27,851 bases of DNA from Verrucomicrobiota bacterium (GTDB lineage: Bacteria > Verrucomicrobiota > Verrucomicrobiia > Limisphaerales > SXQI01). Positions 27,475 to 27,851 of the stretch are shown here, piece after piece (position 1 is the stretch's first letter; each line of letters opens with the position of its first letter). Location of the stretch: contig JANRLX010000013.1 of NCBI GenBank assembly GCA_033762115.1, positions 1 through 27,851 of the forward strand. The letters are read 5' to 3'. A program made the position numbers and the translations under genes. A model generated the notes under the pieces. That model saw only the letters and a list, made by a program, of their open reading frames with translations, ran no database searches and had not been told where the DNA came from.

Positions 27475-27851
27475 TCACAAAATAACCTGCATCACAGACC
27501 ACACCAAAAGCACGAGCATGGCTAATGCACCCAGAAGCAGGACTGCGAGGATGACCAGATACCAGCCGATCAGTTCTGCCACCGAACGTGGACGCAGGTT
27601 GGGAGAGTAAGCTTCTTCAACGAGTCGCATATTCCTTACATTCGCTTTCCAGATGGCATCAAAAATATCGCCCAGGATCGGAAACGCTCCGGCAAGAAAT
27701 TCCAAAGCAACATTACAACTCATGCGAAAAAGCACGAACTTGGGCAGACCAAGCCGGGCTGCTTCAAAGATCAACCAGGTGGAAAGCGCAGTGCTGATAA
27801 AATCCCCCACCCCTGGCACCAGACCAATGATCGGATCAATCCCGATGCGGT
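27475..27851 (-). CDS. DUF4112 domain membrane protein, 5' truncated
   Basis: The frame stays open to the window edge: RIGIDPIIGLVPGVGD...RMSCN...GAFPILGDIFDAIWKANVRN. Confidence 0.85.
   Translation of the reverse strand, partial: RIGIDPIIGLVPGVGDFISTALSTWLIFEAARLGLPKFVLFRMSCNVALEFLAGAFPILGDIFDAIWKANVRNMRLVEEAYSPNLRPRSVAELIGWYLVILAVLLLGALAMLVLLVWSVMQVIL

Noticed and set aside
1..27851. CRISPR array, IS/prophage genes, reverse transcriptase, tRNA/rRNA
   Set aside because: No spaced direct repeats, transposase, integrase or RT motifs, or recognisable stable-RNA sequences were seen by eye.

Overview
Bacterial chromosomal window, most likely from the Verrucomicrobiota/PVC superphylum. This is an inference from the prepilin/H-X9-DG protein and a secreted protein ending in FYRL. 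Left to right it carries: the 5' end of an HDOD-like gene behind a sigma-28-like promoter; a prepilin-type H-X9-DG gene with a terminator; a znuACB-like ABC operon plus a Fur-family regulator, preceded by a perfect 7-1-7 box; lolC/E-lolD-hslR; csbD; asd; a divergent glycosylation cluster (methyltransferase-GT2 fusion and a methyltransferase on minus, two tandem YfhO-like GT-C paralogs coupled to an AmiE-like/NamZ fusion lipoprotein on plus); a Ski2-like DEAD/DEAH helicase; an orphan CHASE-PAS-GAF sensor kinase; a Gly-rich secreted choice-of-anchor Q protein; an MFS transporter; and a partial DUF4112 gene. No mobile elements, CRISPR arrays or tRNA/rRNA genes were recognised. The strongest unannotated signals are a leader-peptide/antiterminator/terminator attenuator directly in front of the MFS gene, and a self-contained sigma-54-like unit holding a 42-codon ORF (or sRNA) between csbD and asd. 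Also notable are a YfhO-like gene whose N-terminus has no canonical start codon and an apparent GC-skew change near 15-16 kb. All family assignments are by eye from motifs; no searches were run.
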